Shown here: piece by piece, positions 26,565-35,638 of the stretch
Position numbering within the stretch: the stretch's first letter is position 1
Layout: each line of letters starts with the position of its first letter
IMG/VR virus record: IMGVR_UViG_3300032608_000364
Location: 1-36,153 of that record
Source of the DNA: a virus
Taxonomy: Duplodnaviria > Caudoviricetes
Length of the DNA stretch: 36,153 bases
Strand: one strand, 5' to 3'
Notes under the pieces: generated by a model
The model's database searches: none
Told to the model about the DNA's origin: nothing
The model's input: only the letters and a program-made list of their open reading frames with translations
Translations under genes and position numbers: made by a program

Positions 26565-27317
26565 TTATCCCTCTATAGAGGTCACTTTCAAGATAATGGC
26601 ATTCACCATTGTACCAGATATTTTAAAAGCTCCAGGAGGAAGGTTAATTGTCTCGAACTTATACTCCTTGACCTTATCCCAAAATGCCACCGTCTTTTTG
26701 TTTTGCCGAAACATAACCCCTACCGACATTACAGATACAAGAATACCACCTTCCTTTAAATGGAGTAAGGCTTTCAGGACATGCGAAACATCTTGCTGTT
26801 TAGTGAAAGGGGGATTCATGACAATACGATCAATAGCTACACCTATAACATATTGCAAAAAATCGCATTGATGAGTAGCAAACTTTTTATCAGCAAGAAC
26901 CTTTGCGTTCTCAGGATTCAACTCGACACATGTCACCCTACCATCCCCTGCAATTTCACGCATAGCCTCTGCAATATTGCCAGTTCCAGCCGATGGTTCG
27001 AGACATAAATGCCCGGGCCGAATTTCGGCTAATTCAATAAGCTGTTCGACTATGTTTTGAGGTGTCTCAAAGAATTGAAATTCCTTTTTAGGGTCAGTGA
27101 CCTCGCCAGTCAATAACACATTGTCAATTGCATCTGAAACAGTATATCCGAAGACATGACCTTTAAGTTTCCGGTTCCACTTTCCGCCAAGACACTCAAG
27201 GACTCTGTTGACTTCAAGGTAAACCTTGCGGTCAAGTTGACCTTCTGGTAAAAAGTATAAGTCCCCTTCGGTTTCTCCTCGCTCAATAATTTCTAAAATA
27301 TGCTGGTCTATGTTCAT
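26565..27317 (-). CDS. Amino-methyltransferase, probably DNA N6-adenine
   Basis: QFFETP, LEPSAGTG (motif I), MNPPF (motif IV), AF..SGT.V. Confidence 0.85.
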   Translation of the reverse strand: MNIDQHILEIIERGETEGDLYFLPEGQLDRKVYLEVNRVLECLGGKWNRKLKGHVFGYTVSDAIDNVLLTGEVTDPKKEFQFFETPQNIVEQLIELAEIRPGHLCLEPSAGTGNIAEAMREIAGDGRVTCVELNPENAKVLADKKFATHQCDFLQYVIGVAIDRIVMNPPFTKQQDVSHVLKALLHLKEGGILVSVMSVGVMFRQNKKTVAFWDKVKEYKFETINLPPGAFKISGTMVNAIILKVTSIEG

Positions 27318-27350
27318 TTATTATCTCCTCCATTATTTCACTATTTAACT

Positions 27351-27445
27351 TGGCTGGAATAGGATTCGAACCTATACGAGCATTACCCCTTTCTCAGTGA
27401 CAATTCATGTCCCGAGTATGCGTCTGCCAATTCCGCCACCCAGCC
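27351..27445 (-). tRNA. tRNA-Leu-like element with non-canonical anticodon arm (95 nt)
   Basis: Acceptor GGCTGGG/TCCAGCC+A; D arm TGGCGGAATTGGCAGACGC; T arm ATAGG-TTCGAAT-CCTAT; no standard 5-bp stem/7-nt loop anticodon arm. Confidence 0.65.
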
Positions 27446-27607
27446 AAGGACGTTTATCTTCAAAATGACAATATTTACAAGACTTAACAGGTATATTATG
27501 TTTTAAATGACAAATACACCACCCAAAACATTTAGAGCATTTACGATACCGTAATCTCTTTGCTTTCTTTTGCGACTTTCTTCTTAATGTTTTAAGTGTA
27601 ATATTAT

Positions 27608-27703
27608 ATCTCCTTATTAGATAGGTTAGTGGTTAAAAATGGCATAGGAGCAATTTCCTGTGCCATTTCATTATATTGTATTATATTTATCATGTTATGT
27701 CAA
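27608..27703 (-). promoter_or_regulatory. Promoter + hairpin + RBS cassette, copy 2
   Basis: TTGACA-N17-TACAAT, AAATGGCA...TGCCATTT, AAGGAGAT; colinear with 7299-7394. Confidence 0.7.
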
Positions 27704-27710
27704 GCATTTA

Positions 27711-29492
27711 TTAGGTAAAGCTAATAACTCCCCTCGTGGCGTAGACACTTGTCTGATCTTCATATCTAATCATTCTATCTAAAGCCATTATCATAGCTAC
27801 TATTCCATCAATCTTTTCTTTGGATTTCCTTTTATCTGGCTTATAATTTCCGCTCGGCCCAGTATGCACTACAACATTTGAGGCCATCCACGTGAGCACG
27901 GGATTATTTCCATGAGCTATTTTCTGGCTTAAAATTCTGATTTCTAATTCTTTTGTCGGAGGACTCATATCCCAGCCCTGAGATATTTCAATACAAAATG
28001 GTTGTTTAGGGTTTGTAGTATACTCTTGGTTCACTTTTGGCATCAAATCATAGGCATTATGGCGATCATATCCTATTTCTTTTATGTTATATTTCTTCAT
28101 TAATTCATCAATTCTATGTTTAATAAAATCATTATCGATAGCATTCCCTGGGGTGACCTCTATATACCCTTGACGTACCCAAACATCATAAGGAACTTTA
28201 TGGCTATGAACACGCTCATGAATATTATCTCCTGGTATCCAAAAAAAAGGAAGGCATTGTATTTTTTCATTCTCATTAATTGGTGTAAATAATAATACTA
28301 AAGATGTAAGATCAGATACACTTGCAAGATCAAGTCCAGCATAGCACTCACGGCCTATCAACTTCTCAGGATCGACCTCGTCATTGCATTCCCTCCACAA
28401 TCTCATATTTAACCAGGGATTTTCAGACTCCGTCCATACATCAAGGTGTTTTCTCAGGAAATTAGATAGTTCTGCTGGCATATTGCGGGCTTTAACGACT
28501 TTTTTCCTTAAATCTTCTAATTTACAGGATACTTCAAGGTTAGGGTTAGCTTTGAACCAGATAGGTTCGTCCTCCCAATTATCCCCTTCGTCAATCGTAT
28601 ATACTATTCCGAAGAACGATTCGTCTTTGAACTCGTCAGGTAGTTCCAGTAATTTTTCTGTATAGTTTTTCAGTTCGTAACAAATAGACTCTCTGTTAGT
28701 CCCAGCTGTCGTGATTCCAATCATAATTGGCTGGTCTCTGGAACCGATGCCAGTCTCTAAAACTTCCCATAATTTTCTATCAGCATGTGCGTGAACTTCA
28801 TCCACTATAGCTGTCGATACGTTTAGACCGTCCAATGTCTTGCTATCAGCTGCTAATGGCTCGAACTTTGAAGCAGTTTCGATAATATGAAGATTATCTC
28901 GAAGGATTGTGACTCTATTATTGAGGTCAGGGGAGCGCTTAATCATTTCTTTGGCATCGTTATGACAAATTTTAGCTTGGGCATGTTTAGTGGCAGCAAT
29001 ATATACTTCAGCCGCAGCTTCATTATCCTCCATAAATAGATAAATACCCAGACCGGCTACCCAAGTCGTTTTGCCATTTTTCCTAGGCACGATTATTAAT
29101 GCCTTATTAAATCGCCTAAATCCATCAGCATTCTTCCAACCGAATAAACAAGCGGTAATAAATTGCTGCCAAGGTTCAAGGTTAAACGGTTTATCATTAA
29201 ATCCACCCTTGTAGTGCTTTAGATAATCAGGGAAAAACCCAACTACCCTTGCGGCAGCTATGGGATCGAAAGAATATCCTTCCTTCGGTAGGTTTTTCAG
29301 GTCATTGAATTGTCTCTCAACTGCCAATTCGACCCATTTGCAAACATTGATTTTGCCAGAACGAACGTCATCGGCATATTGAGACCACCTATATCTCTTA
29401 TGTAGCTCACGATTTTCTTTATGAGGATTATCTTTCTTTATTTTAGCATACATATACCAGGCTTCTTCGGAAGCGTTTAGTTTTTTAGGCAT
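27711..29492 (-). CDS. terL: Terminase large subunit (HK97-like)
   Basis: LEPWQ, PRKNGKT (Walker A), IVDEVH (Walker B), ITTAG, GLDLAS, EKIDGIVA. Confidence 0.96.
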   Translation of the reverse strand: MPKKLNASEEAWYMYAKIKKDNPHKENRELHKRYRWSQYADDVRSGKINVCKWVELAVERQFNDLKNLPKEGYSFDPIAAARVVGFFPDYLKHYKGGFNDKPFNLEPWQQFITACLFGWKNADGFRRFNKALIIVPRKNGKTTWVAGLGIYLFMEDNEAAAEVYIAATKHAQAKICHNDAKEMIKRSPDLNNRVTILRDNLHIIETASKFEPLAADSKTLDGLNVSTAIVDEVHAHADRKLWEVLETGIGSRDQPIMIGITTAGTNRESICYELKNYTEKLLELPDEFKDESFFGIVYTIDEGDNWEDEPIWFKANPNLEVSCKLEDLRKKVVKARNMPAELSNFLRKHLDVWTESENPWLNMRLWRECNDEVDPEKLIGRECYAGLDLASVSDLTSLVLLFTPINENEKIQCLPFFWIPGDNIHERVHSHKVPYDVWVRQGYIEVTPGNAIDNDFIKHRIDELMKKYNIKEIGYDRHNAYDLMPKVNQEYTTNPKQPFCIEISQGWDMSPPTKELEIRILSQKIAHGNNPVLTWMASNVVVHTGPSGNYKPDKRKSKEKIDGIVAMIMALDRMIRYEDQTSVYATRGVISFT

Positions 29493-29548
29493 TTATGACT
29501 TCACCTTTCTTAGTATCATTATTTATCCTCCTAATGTGCAATGCTGGG

Positions 29549-29821
29549 TTAGATTTTTTTTACAACTATGTTAGCGTGTAGTTTAGCAATTCCTGCTTGT
29601 CCTATTCTAATTTCTTCACTAAGAGCCAACAACCTTCCAGTTTCATCGGTTTCGTCTCCCATATCCCAACCTGTTTCCCAAGCATTACCCTGACCTTTAT
29701 CTTTTGGTTGTTCAAGACATCTTGCCAACCATCCTTCATAAAAACTATTCCATCCTCTAATTTTATAAGCCATTTTTAACTCCAAAAAAATATAACCATT
29801 AAATGTTATGCTTTGATCCAT
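29549..29821 (-). CDS. Hypothetical protein
   Basis: ORF track; the start may be the internal MAYKIRG after GGAG. Confidence 0.5.
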   Translation of the reverse strand: MDQSITFNGYIFLELKMAYKIRGWNSFYEGWLARCLEQPKDKGQGNAWETGWDMGDETDETGRLLALSEEIRIGQAGIAKLHANIVVKKI

Positions 29822-29846
29822 TGATATTAGCTATTAGACATCCAAT

Positions 29847-30050
29847 TTACCCTCTTGAAATTCCTTCCCTTTCAGGACAAATACATGGTTCCCTACAATA
29901 AAGCCTTCCACAAATATCACATTGAATAATATCCTTAACATCTTCCCATTTAACCCATAATCCTTCTGGATCTTTATATGCTGTATAGGGTTGGTTTTTT
30001 AATTCTCTTCCTTGTGATGCTGCGGCTCCATGAATATTATATCGTTTCAT
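29847..30050 (-). CDS. Small Cys-containing hypothetical protein
   Basis: DPEGLWVKWEDV...CDICG...CICP. Confidence 0.55.
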   Translation of the reverse strand: MKRYNIHGAAASQGRELKNQPYTAYKDPEGLWVKWEDVKDIIQCDICGRLYCREPCICPEREGISRG

Positions 30051-30055
30051 TTCAC

Positions 30056-30253
30056 TTATCTCCCAATTTCTTTTTTACAGTTCTCATAAGCCTCTATAAA
30101 ACTGGCAATTAATCCAACAGCTAAAAATATTCCCATAGCGATACTTCCTACTATAAAAATATCCTTTGAAAATAAGATAGCTGCCCATACCAAGGAAGAA
30201 TACATAGCTCCTCCTGTAAAACATAGCCATATAAGAAGTAGGTTATTACTCAT
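30056..30253 (-). CDS. Small two-TM membrane protein
   Basis: AAGGAG RBS; hydrophobic. Confidence 0.6.
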   Translation of the reverse strand: MSNNLLLIWLCFTGGAMYSSLVWAAILFSKDIFIVGSIAMGIFLAVGLIASFIEAYENCKKEIGR

Positions 30254-30299
30254 AATATTATATCTCCTTTAAAAGTGTCGTTATTTATCATTTTTTAAA

Positions 30300-30328
30300 A
30301 TTATATTCCATTATTACAGCCTTGTCAA
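30300..30328 (-). promoter_or_regulatory. Consensus sigma70 promoter facing terL
   Basis: TTGACA-N17-TATAAT. Confidence 0.8.
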
Positions 30329-30432
30329 AGCATTTTTCGCAGGAAATAGCCGAAAAAGGCCAATCTTAAGAGCAAATCATAGTATTGGGTTTCTAATCCT
30401 TCATAATTACATTTAATCATATCTAATCGACC

Positions 30433-30461
30433 TTGACTATGTTATTATACTCCTATATATT
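30433..30461 (+). promoter_or_regulatory. Divergent sigma70-type promoter
   Basis: TTGACT-N17-TATATT upstream of AAGGAGG and ATG 30491. Confidence 0.7.
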
Positions 30462-30490
30462 GAAATCAAACAATAACAAAGGAGGGGCAA

Positions 30491-30931
30491 ATGGAAAAAC
30501 AAATAGCAAAAACCGAATTTAAAACTAGTAAAGGCGCTAATGTGGTTGTAACTGCAGAGCTGATCCTGCAAAAAACGTATTACGCCGATGGAGATAACGT
30601 CATAGTCGATTGTTGTGAGATGGGACTTGTTAGGGCTAATATTGATGGACATCCACAACAAGTTGGTTATCTAGAGTTCGCCAAACCTGTCAATTACGAT
30701 GGATTAACGATCTACGGAACTATCGGTAAGCTCGGGCTTACCGCGGAAAATTTGGTAAAAGTAAAATCTGCGATAACCGAGCTCAAAAGACATCCGGTTT
30801 GGGTCACGAAACAAGAAAAAGCTGAAAAAAATCGCCAAGAAATCCAGGCGATGGAAACCGAGCGCGACGCTCATCCAGGCTATTGCCAAAAATGTGGAAC
30901 TTATTGTTATGGGGATTGTGAGGCTAATTAA
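30491..30931 (+). CDS. Hypothetical protein with C-terminal Cys motif
   Basis: Strong RBS; ends GYCQKCGTYCYGDC. Confidence 0.75.
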   Translation: MEKQIAKTEFKTSKGANVVVTAELILQKTYYADGDNVIVDCCEMGLVRANIDGHPQQVGYLEFAKPVNYDGLTIYGTIGKLGLTAENLVKVKSAITELKRHPVWVTKQEKAEKNRQEIQAMETERDAHPGYCQKCGTYCYGDCEAN

Positions 30932-30978
30932 CCTTTTTATGGGGGCCGCGCATCCTGCACGCGGGAAAGGATAAAGAA

Positions 30979-31281
30979 ATGAAACTATGTGACGCATGTG
31001 GAAGCCCAAAAGCTTATATTGGTATAGGGGGAGCGTTCCTTTGCCGGGACTGTGAACCTATAATTAGGATTGAGATGGATATGTTACGAGCAGCCGGAAA
31101 ACCGGTGAATGTGCTCCATATCGCAAAGCGAATATATCGTGAGACCCATGATGCCGGAAACTATCTGCTTAGGGATATCCCAGACGATTTGTGGAATAAG
31201 GCTAAACATCGGGCCGTCGATGACGGTGATTCGCTTCGGGATCTAATCCTAAAAGCTATACACAGATACCTTAATATTTAA
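30979..31281 (+). CDS. Zn-finger plus ribbon-helix-helix protein
   Basis: CDAC...CRDC; YLLRDIPDDLWNKAKHRA...SLRDLILKAI (Arc-like). Confidence 0.7.
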   Translation: MKLCDACGSPKAYIGIGGAFLCRDCEPIIRIEMDMLRAAGKPVNVLHIAKRIYRETHDAGNYLLRDIPDDLWNKAKHRAVDDGDSLRDLILKAIHRYLNI

Positions 31282-31298
31282 TTGTCAAAGAACAAACT

Positions 31299-31595
31299 AT
31301 GAAAGCATTATCAATCAAGTACCCCTGGGTCACATTAATAGCCCAGGGGAAAAAGAATATCGAGATCCGCACATGGCAAACTCAATATCGTGGGCCACTT
31401 TTAATTTGTGCGTCTAAAAAACCTACATTTGACTACGCTGGTTATGCGATCTGTATTGTAGACTTAATTGATATTCGACTAAATAGAAAATGTTACCATT
31501 GGATTTTAGATAATGTCCGCCTAATCGAAAACCCTTTTCCCGTCAAGGGCCAATTAATGTTATTTGAAATTGACTTATTGCCTCCCTTCGATTAA
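31299..31595 (+). CDS. ASCH domain protein
   Basis: ALSIKYPW...GKKNIEIRTW...YRGPLLICAS...VKGQLMLF. Confidence 0.88.
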   Translation: MKALSIKYPWVTLIAQGKKNIEIRTWQTQYRGPLLICASKKPTFDYAGYAICIVDLIDIRLNRKCYHWILDNVRLIENPFPVKGQLMLFEIDLLPPFD

Positions 31596-32703
31596 TTTTT
31601 TTGCCATTTCCTTATCCATAGCAGGTCCAACAAATTCAAATACTGCACATGGCCTACATGTTTTATTGGGGTTTTGTATTGAATTAATTCCCTTCAATGT
31701 TTTCTGATATATATTAGACTTTTTAACAAGTTTTCTTGTAGGGTCTTTCAATAAAGATCTAATCAATGCAGGATGTGCCGGATAAGATCTAACCCTAAAA
31801 CCCAATGCCTTATACGCCGAACAAATCGTTTTTGTTAAAGTCCGACCCAATCCGATGCCTTGCCAATCTGATAGGGTAACTATTCTTGATATGCGCTTCA
31901 TATTCTTAACTCTTGGATTAGGGTAATGAAGTACTCCGGTAAAAGAAACTGGCCGTCCTTCAATAAATAAAGCAAAAACACCTTGCTGCTTTATTTAGTT
32001 CCGCCGTCAAATAGTGAAACGGAGCGAATAATTCCCACAACCCATATTCGACTTTTCTAATTTCGATTTCGATCTTTGGTCGCTGAAGTAACCCCCTTGG
32101 CCTTTGTTCAAAATTCATAGTGGCTGGTTCAAATATCCAATCAGGCATCAACCATTCAATAACATCATAATGGCACGTTATACCTACAAATTGACGTTTC
32201 AACTTTCTCATATATTTCTGCACTGCATAAGCGCCTATCTTGGCAACTTGTCTATCAACAACACTTGTGAATTCATCTAATACTATCGGATCTTTTAATT
32301 CTAACATTCTTCTGGCTAAATCTACCCTAAATTTTTCACCTGTTGACAAAACCTTATATGGTCTAAACCAAGCAGGGATTGTATTAAACCCTACCGCTTG
32401 ACAAACCCTTGCTACATCCCCTATAGGTAACTCACTATCAAAATCATCAATAACCGCTTTACCTTCCCAGTTAAAAATAGGATTATATTTATCCTTAAAG
32501 ACTTCCTTTCCAATGGTCGATTTCCCGCTACCAGATGGGCCTACAATTAAACCAATATTCCAATCCTCATTATCAATAGGTAATTCACCATGCCATTTAA
32601 GACTCGCTCTATCTTGTGGCGGAACATCAAACATAGCTTCCAACTGTTGACACCTTATTGAGCGACTAACCTCACTTCCTATCATAATATCAATGGACGG
32701 CAT
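31575..32703 (-). pseudogene. ABC-type ATPase-GNAT acetyltransferase fusion split by a 1-nt frameshift at 31974-31978
   Basis: GPSGSGKS, LSTGE, VLDEFTSVVDR in the first frame; RIVTLSDWQGIGLG in the second. Removing one T gives ...AARCFALFIEGRPVSFTGVLHYPNPRVKNMKRISR. Confidence 0.75.
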
Positions 32704-33218
32704 TTTAACCCCTCTTTTTTAAATTGATCAATTAACTTTGATTGATGCTCTTCACTTTCACAATCTATAATTAATTGGTATCTATAATTTTCGTCCATAG
32801 TGACTTCATCAATATCCTCTTTTGAATATGTCATTAACTTTTCAAGCTCTTCAGCACTAAATCCAATGCTCTCCATATCAAAGTCGCCAGTATCAAGCTC
32901 TGTTAATAGGCCAGTCAATTTAGGGAAGTCCCATTCGGTAAGTGCTGCCAGTTTATTATCAGCCACCATATACGCATCGGCTTTCTTGCCACTCAAAGGC
33001 AATCGGATAATAGGGATATCCTCTATGCCAATCTTTTTAGCAGCTTTCAACCTGGCATGTCCGGCTAATACAAATCCATCTTCAGACACCAGTACAGGAT
33101 TAGTCCAGCCGAACTGTCGCAGGCTCTTGTCAAGCATATCAATTGCGCTATCAGGATGGTTCCTTGGATTGCCAGGGTGCGGCTTTAAGCTACTGATTTT
33201 GACTGTTTCAATTTCCAT
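32682..33218 (-). CDS. ParB/Srx N-terminal domain protein
   Basis: LKPHPGNPR...FGWTNPVLV...LAGHARLKAA...ADNKLA. Confidence 0.88.
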   Translation of the reverse strand: MEIETVKISSLKPHPGNPRNHPDSAIDMLDKSLRQFGWTNPVLVSEDGFVLAGHARLKAAKKIGIEDIPIIRLPLSGKKADAYMVADNKLAALTEWDFPKLTGLLTELDTGDFDMESIGFSAEELEKLMTYSKEDIDEVTMDENYRYQLIIDCESEEHQSKLIDQFKKEGLKCRPLIL

Positions 33219-33330
33219 TTCTTTTTACCTTTCTTGAATATCCTGTCATAGTTATCCTTGTATTTCTTTGGCACAAGGTAAGGCTTCCAGTCTGTGAAGG
33301 GCTTATTGGATTCTGTATTAGCCATATCAT

Positions 33331-33531
33331 TTATTCCTTAACTTCATATACAGTAATCTTATTTCTAAAATATAACTTCCGGCCACAATCACAATCACTT
33401 GGCATATCTCGGTAGATCCCAAGGTTGAAATCCCACGGGCTGAATTCACGACCACATATACATTGAAGAAGTGGTAAACAGTCTCCATCATTATCATAAA
33501 ATTTAACTTGATCTGTAATGTCTTTATCCAT
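33331..33531 (-). CDS. Small Cys-containing hypothetical protein (66 aa)
   Basis: GGAG RBS before ATG 33531; CICG...CDCG. Confidence 0.6.
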   Translation of the reverse strand: MDKDITDQVKFYDNDGDCLPLLQCICGREFSPWDFNLGIYRDMPSDCDCGRKLYFRNKITVYEVKE

Positions 33532-33542
33532 GTTTATCTCCC

Positions 33543-33604
33543 TGGTGGAGGCGGGAGGAATCGAACCCCCATCCTGCCTTAGCAGTCGAACCCAAGTCAC
33601 CCCC
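33543..33604 (-). ncRNA. Miniature tmRNA-like RNA (tRNA-like domain only), 62 nt
   Basis: GGGGGTG-ACTTGGGTTCGAC-TGC TAAG GCA-GGAT-GGGGG TTCGATT CCTCC-CGCCTCC-ACCA; third acceptor pair G-U; D-loop with no stem, ending in TTCGAC. Confidence 0.8.
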
Positions 33605-33832
33605 TCATAATTCTATTAACTGCAATGTAACCGCAACAGCAACGCCTGGTTTAATATCACCGTAAGGCCATATCTCTTGTTTGACAACCACATATTCCCC
33701 AGGGAAGCCAAGCTCAGATAATATGGTTGTTCTATCTCCATTATCATATGTCTTCTGTAATTCCTCAGCTTCCTTGCTTTTAGCATTAAGAGTGATTGAT
33801 ATCGTAGCTTCTATTGGTAATAAAAATTCCAT
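33605..33832 (-). CDS. Hypothetical protein
   Basis: GGAGGGG RBS. Confidence 0.55.
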   Translation of the reverse strand: MEFLLPIEATISITLNAKSKEAEELQKTYDNGDRTTILSELGFPGEYVVVKQEIWPYGDIKPGVAVAVTLQLIEL

Positions 33833-33844
33833 TAGCCCCCTCCA

Positions 33845-34345
33845 TTATTTCACCACCCTGAACCTCTCGTTATACTGCTCCTGCTCAGTCTTAGCTTTCT
33901 TTTTAGGTACACTTACTTTAGCCATGTCAACAGGCGACAACGGTATCTTTTTCGCAAACGCTAACATCTGATCACCAGCCCTTTTAACCGCACCCTCTAA
34001 AGCCGATTCTTGCATAGCGCCGGACGGTGACTTCATGACCTGAGATGCAAGTATAGATCCAGCCTTTTCCTCTATCTTCTTGACTTCCTTCATCAAAGCT
34101 ACCCAGATAGAATAGTTCCGGCAATACCCTATGACGTTAACTAAGTTTAGATTGTTCAATAACCCTATCTCATATAACTCACCAGCTATACGATCCCACT
34201 CCTGCCTGGCCACACCATCTAAAAACTTCGGCGCCTTAGGACATACATCCGGCTTTATGGCTTCCGGTTCGTTCTCTGGTTTTCTATCATTGCGGTACGT
34301 ACCAGCTAATTTATGTAGTTGCTTCGGTTTGTGTGGTCTTGCCAT
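33845..34345 (-). CDS. terS: Terminase small subunit, P27 family
   Basis: MARPHKP..LHKLAGTYR...P.AP.FL...A..EW.RI...LSP.D. Confidence 0.88.
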   Translation of the reverse strand: MARPHKPKQLHKLAGTYRNDRKPENEPEAIKPDVCPKAPKFLDGVARQEWDRIAGELYEIGLLNNLNLVNVIGYCRNYSIWVALMKEVKKIEEKAGSILASQVMKSPSGAMQESALEGAVKRAGDQMLAFAKKIPLSPVDMAKVSVPKKKAKTEQEQYNERFRVVK

Positions 34346-34355
34346 TTGTTACCTC

Positions 34356-35066
34356 CTATGTATATTGTAATTTTAATGCTGGTTGAAATGGTGCATCCAA
34401 TTTAATATATTTACTTAAATTATCTTTAGCCCATAAAGGTTGTAAGTTCCTTAAAGCCCAACATCTTTTGAAGTCAAGGTCTTTGTAAGAAGTAAAATTG
34501 AAATGTATCTTTGGAATAACATGGTCTAAATGCCACTCACCATAATTATCCCAAGACATACCTGGTTTGAATTGCTTCTCAATATGTTTAACTAATTCTT
34601 GAAGAGTGTAATCCACTAATGATTCCCAATGACATCCATCTTTATTTCTTTTCAAAGAATAACTAATTGAATTACAAATATTATGATTCAATCTATATAC
34701 TGGGTTTTTCCTTCGTTCACAATTATACCTACGGATTGCTTCTTTTATTTCAGGCTTTAACCTATACTTATAATCATATTCACTTTTCTTCTTTTTCCCT
34801 TCAGGTGTTGAACGTCGTTTATGATCATATATACAAGCTTTCTCTTTGTATTCAATAGTTGATATATATTCACGTCGCCTCTTTATATTTTTAGGAATTG
34901 ATCGATATCTCTTCATATATTTACTGCGATTTTCTTTAACTTCAAATATTAAACTATGTTCACTTATACACTTTTTACATCTATGTTGATAACCATCTTT
35001 CCTTGTTTTATTTTTAGAATATTCACCTATTGGCTTTATTTCATTACATGTTGAACATAGTTTCAT
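34356..35066 (-). CDS. Free-standing HNH endonuclease
   Basis: CSTC...CKKC N-terminus; GMSWDNYGEWHLDHVIP...NLQPLWAKDNLSK. Confidence 0.85.
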   Translation of the reverse strand: MKLCSTCNEIKPIGEYSKNKTRKDGYQHRCKKCISEHSLIFEVKENRSKYMKRYRSIPKNIKRRREYISTIEYKEKACIYDHKRRSTPEGKKKKSEYDYKYRLKPEIKEAIRRYNCERRKNPVYRLNHNICNSISYSLKRNKDGCHWESLVDYTLQELVKHIEKQFKPGMSWDNYGEWHLDHVIPKIHFNFTSYKDLDFKRCWALRNLQPLWAKDNLSKYIKLDAPFQPALKLQYT

Positions 35067-35215
35067 TGTCTGTATATTAATTTATACCCCTATTGAGAAT
35101 TATGCCAAGAAGTGAAGGAAGCTGCATATCTCGGTGGACGAAGCCAGGCTGTAGTGATTGTTGGCCGGTATAGTTTAACATAATCTCAATCGATCCGACA
35201 TGGTTCACCACAATC

Positions 35216-35638
35216 TTAATTGCTCCCCTTTTCCATTTCATATTCTCTCCACCACTGTCGGATAATCTTTTCCCACAATGGCAACTGATCCTTCCTTCGT
35301 TTGTCATGTAGTATACGTTTGATACACTGCATTACTGGTACGTCTAATATTATGACTTCGTTCGGTCTGATCCCACAACAGGCTCTGTCTCTTTTCCTTT
35401 GTGTGGCCCCGCTTGTAATACACCAAACTGTGATGCCTTGTCGGATAGCTTGCAATAGGGCAGCGTTATGGGCAGCAAACACGGTTCGGAGTAAAATATC
35501 TGGCTTGTTGTAAACTGGCAATCCTGATAAAGAATGATACAGGCTATCAATATCAAGTATGCAATCTCTAGGTCTTATCCGTTCTTTAACATACGTTGTC
35601 TTGCCACTGGCCGGCGGCCCACATATCAAAGTCAGCAT
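35216..35638 (-). CDS. P-loop kinase/ATPase-like protein
   Basis: LICGPPASGKTTYV...LDID; likely start ATG 35638. Confidence 0.75.
   Translation of the reverse strand: MLTLICGPPASGKTTYVKERIRPRDCILDIDSLYHSLSGLPVYNKPDILLRTVFAAHNAALLQAIRQGITVWCITSGATQRKRDRACCGIRPNEVIILDVPVMQCIKRILHDKRRKDQLPLWEKIIRQWWREYEMEKGSN

Noticed and set aside
8450-28510. Isolated spacer matches (GTTGTCGTG at 8450, TCTCCGGCT near 11082, TTATGCCCTGT near 17827, TTTTCCTTA near 28502)
   Set aside because: 9-11-nt matches are expected by chance in 36 kb and the partner half does not match. My search was by eye and not exhaustive.
33532-33600. N-terminal extension of ORF 33331..33600
   Set aside because: It overlaps the tmRNA-like RNA; ATG 33531 has its own RBS.
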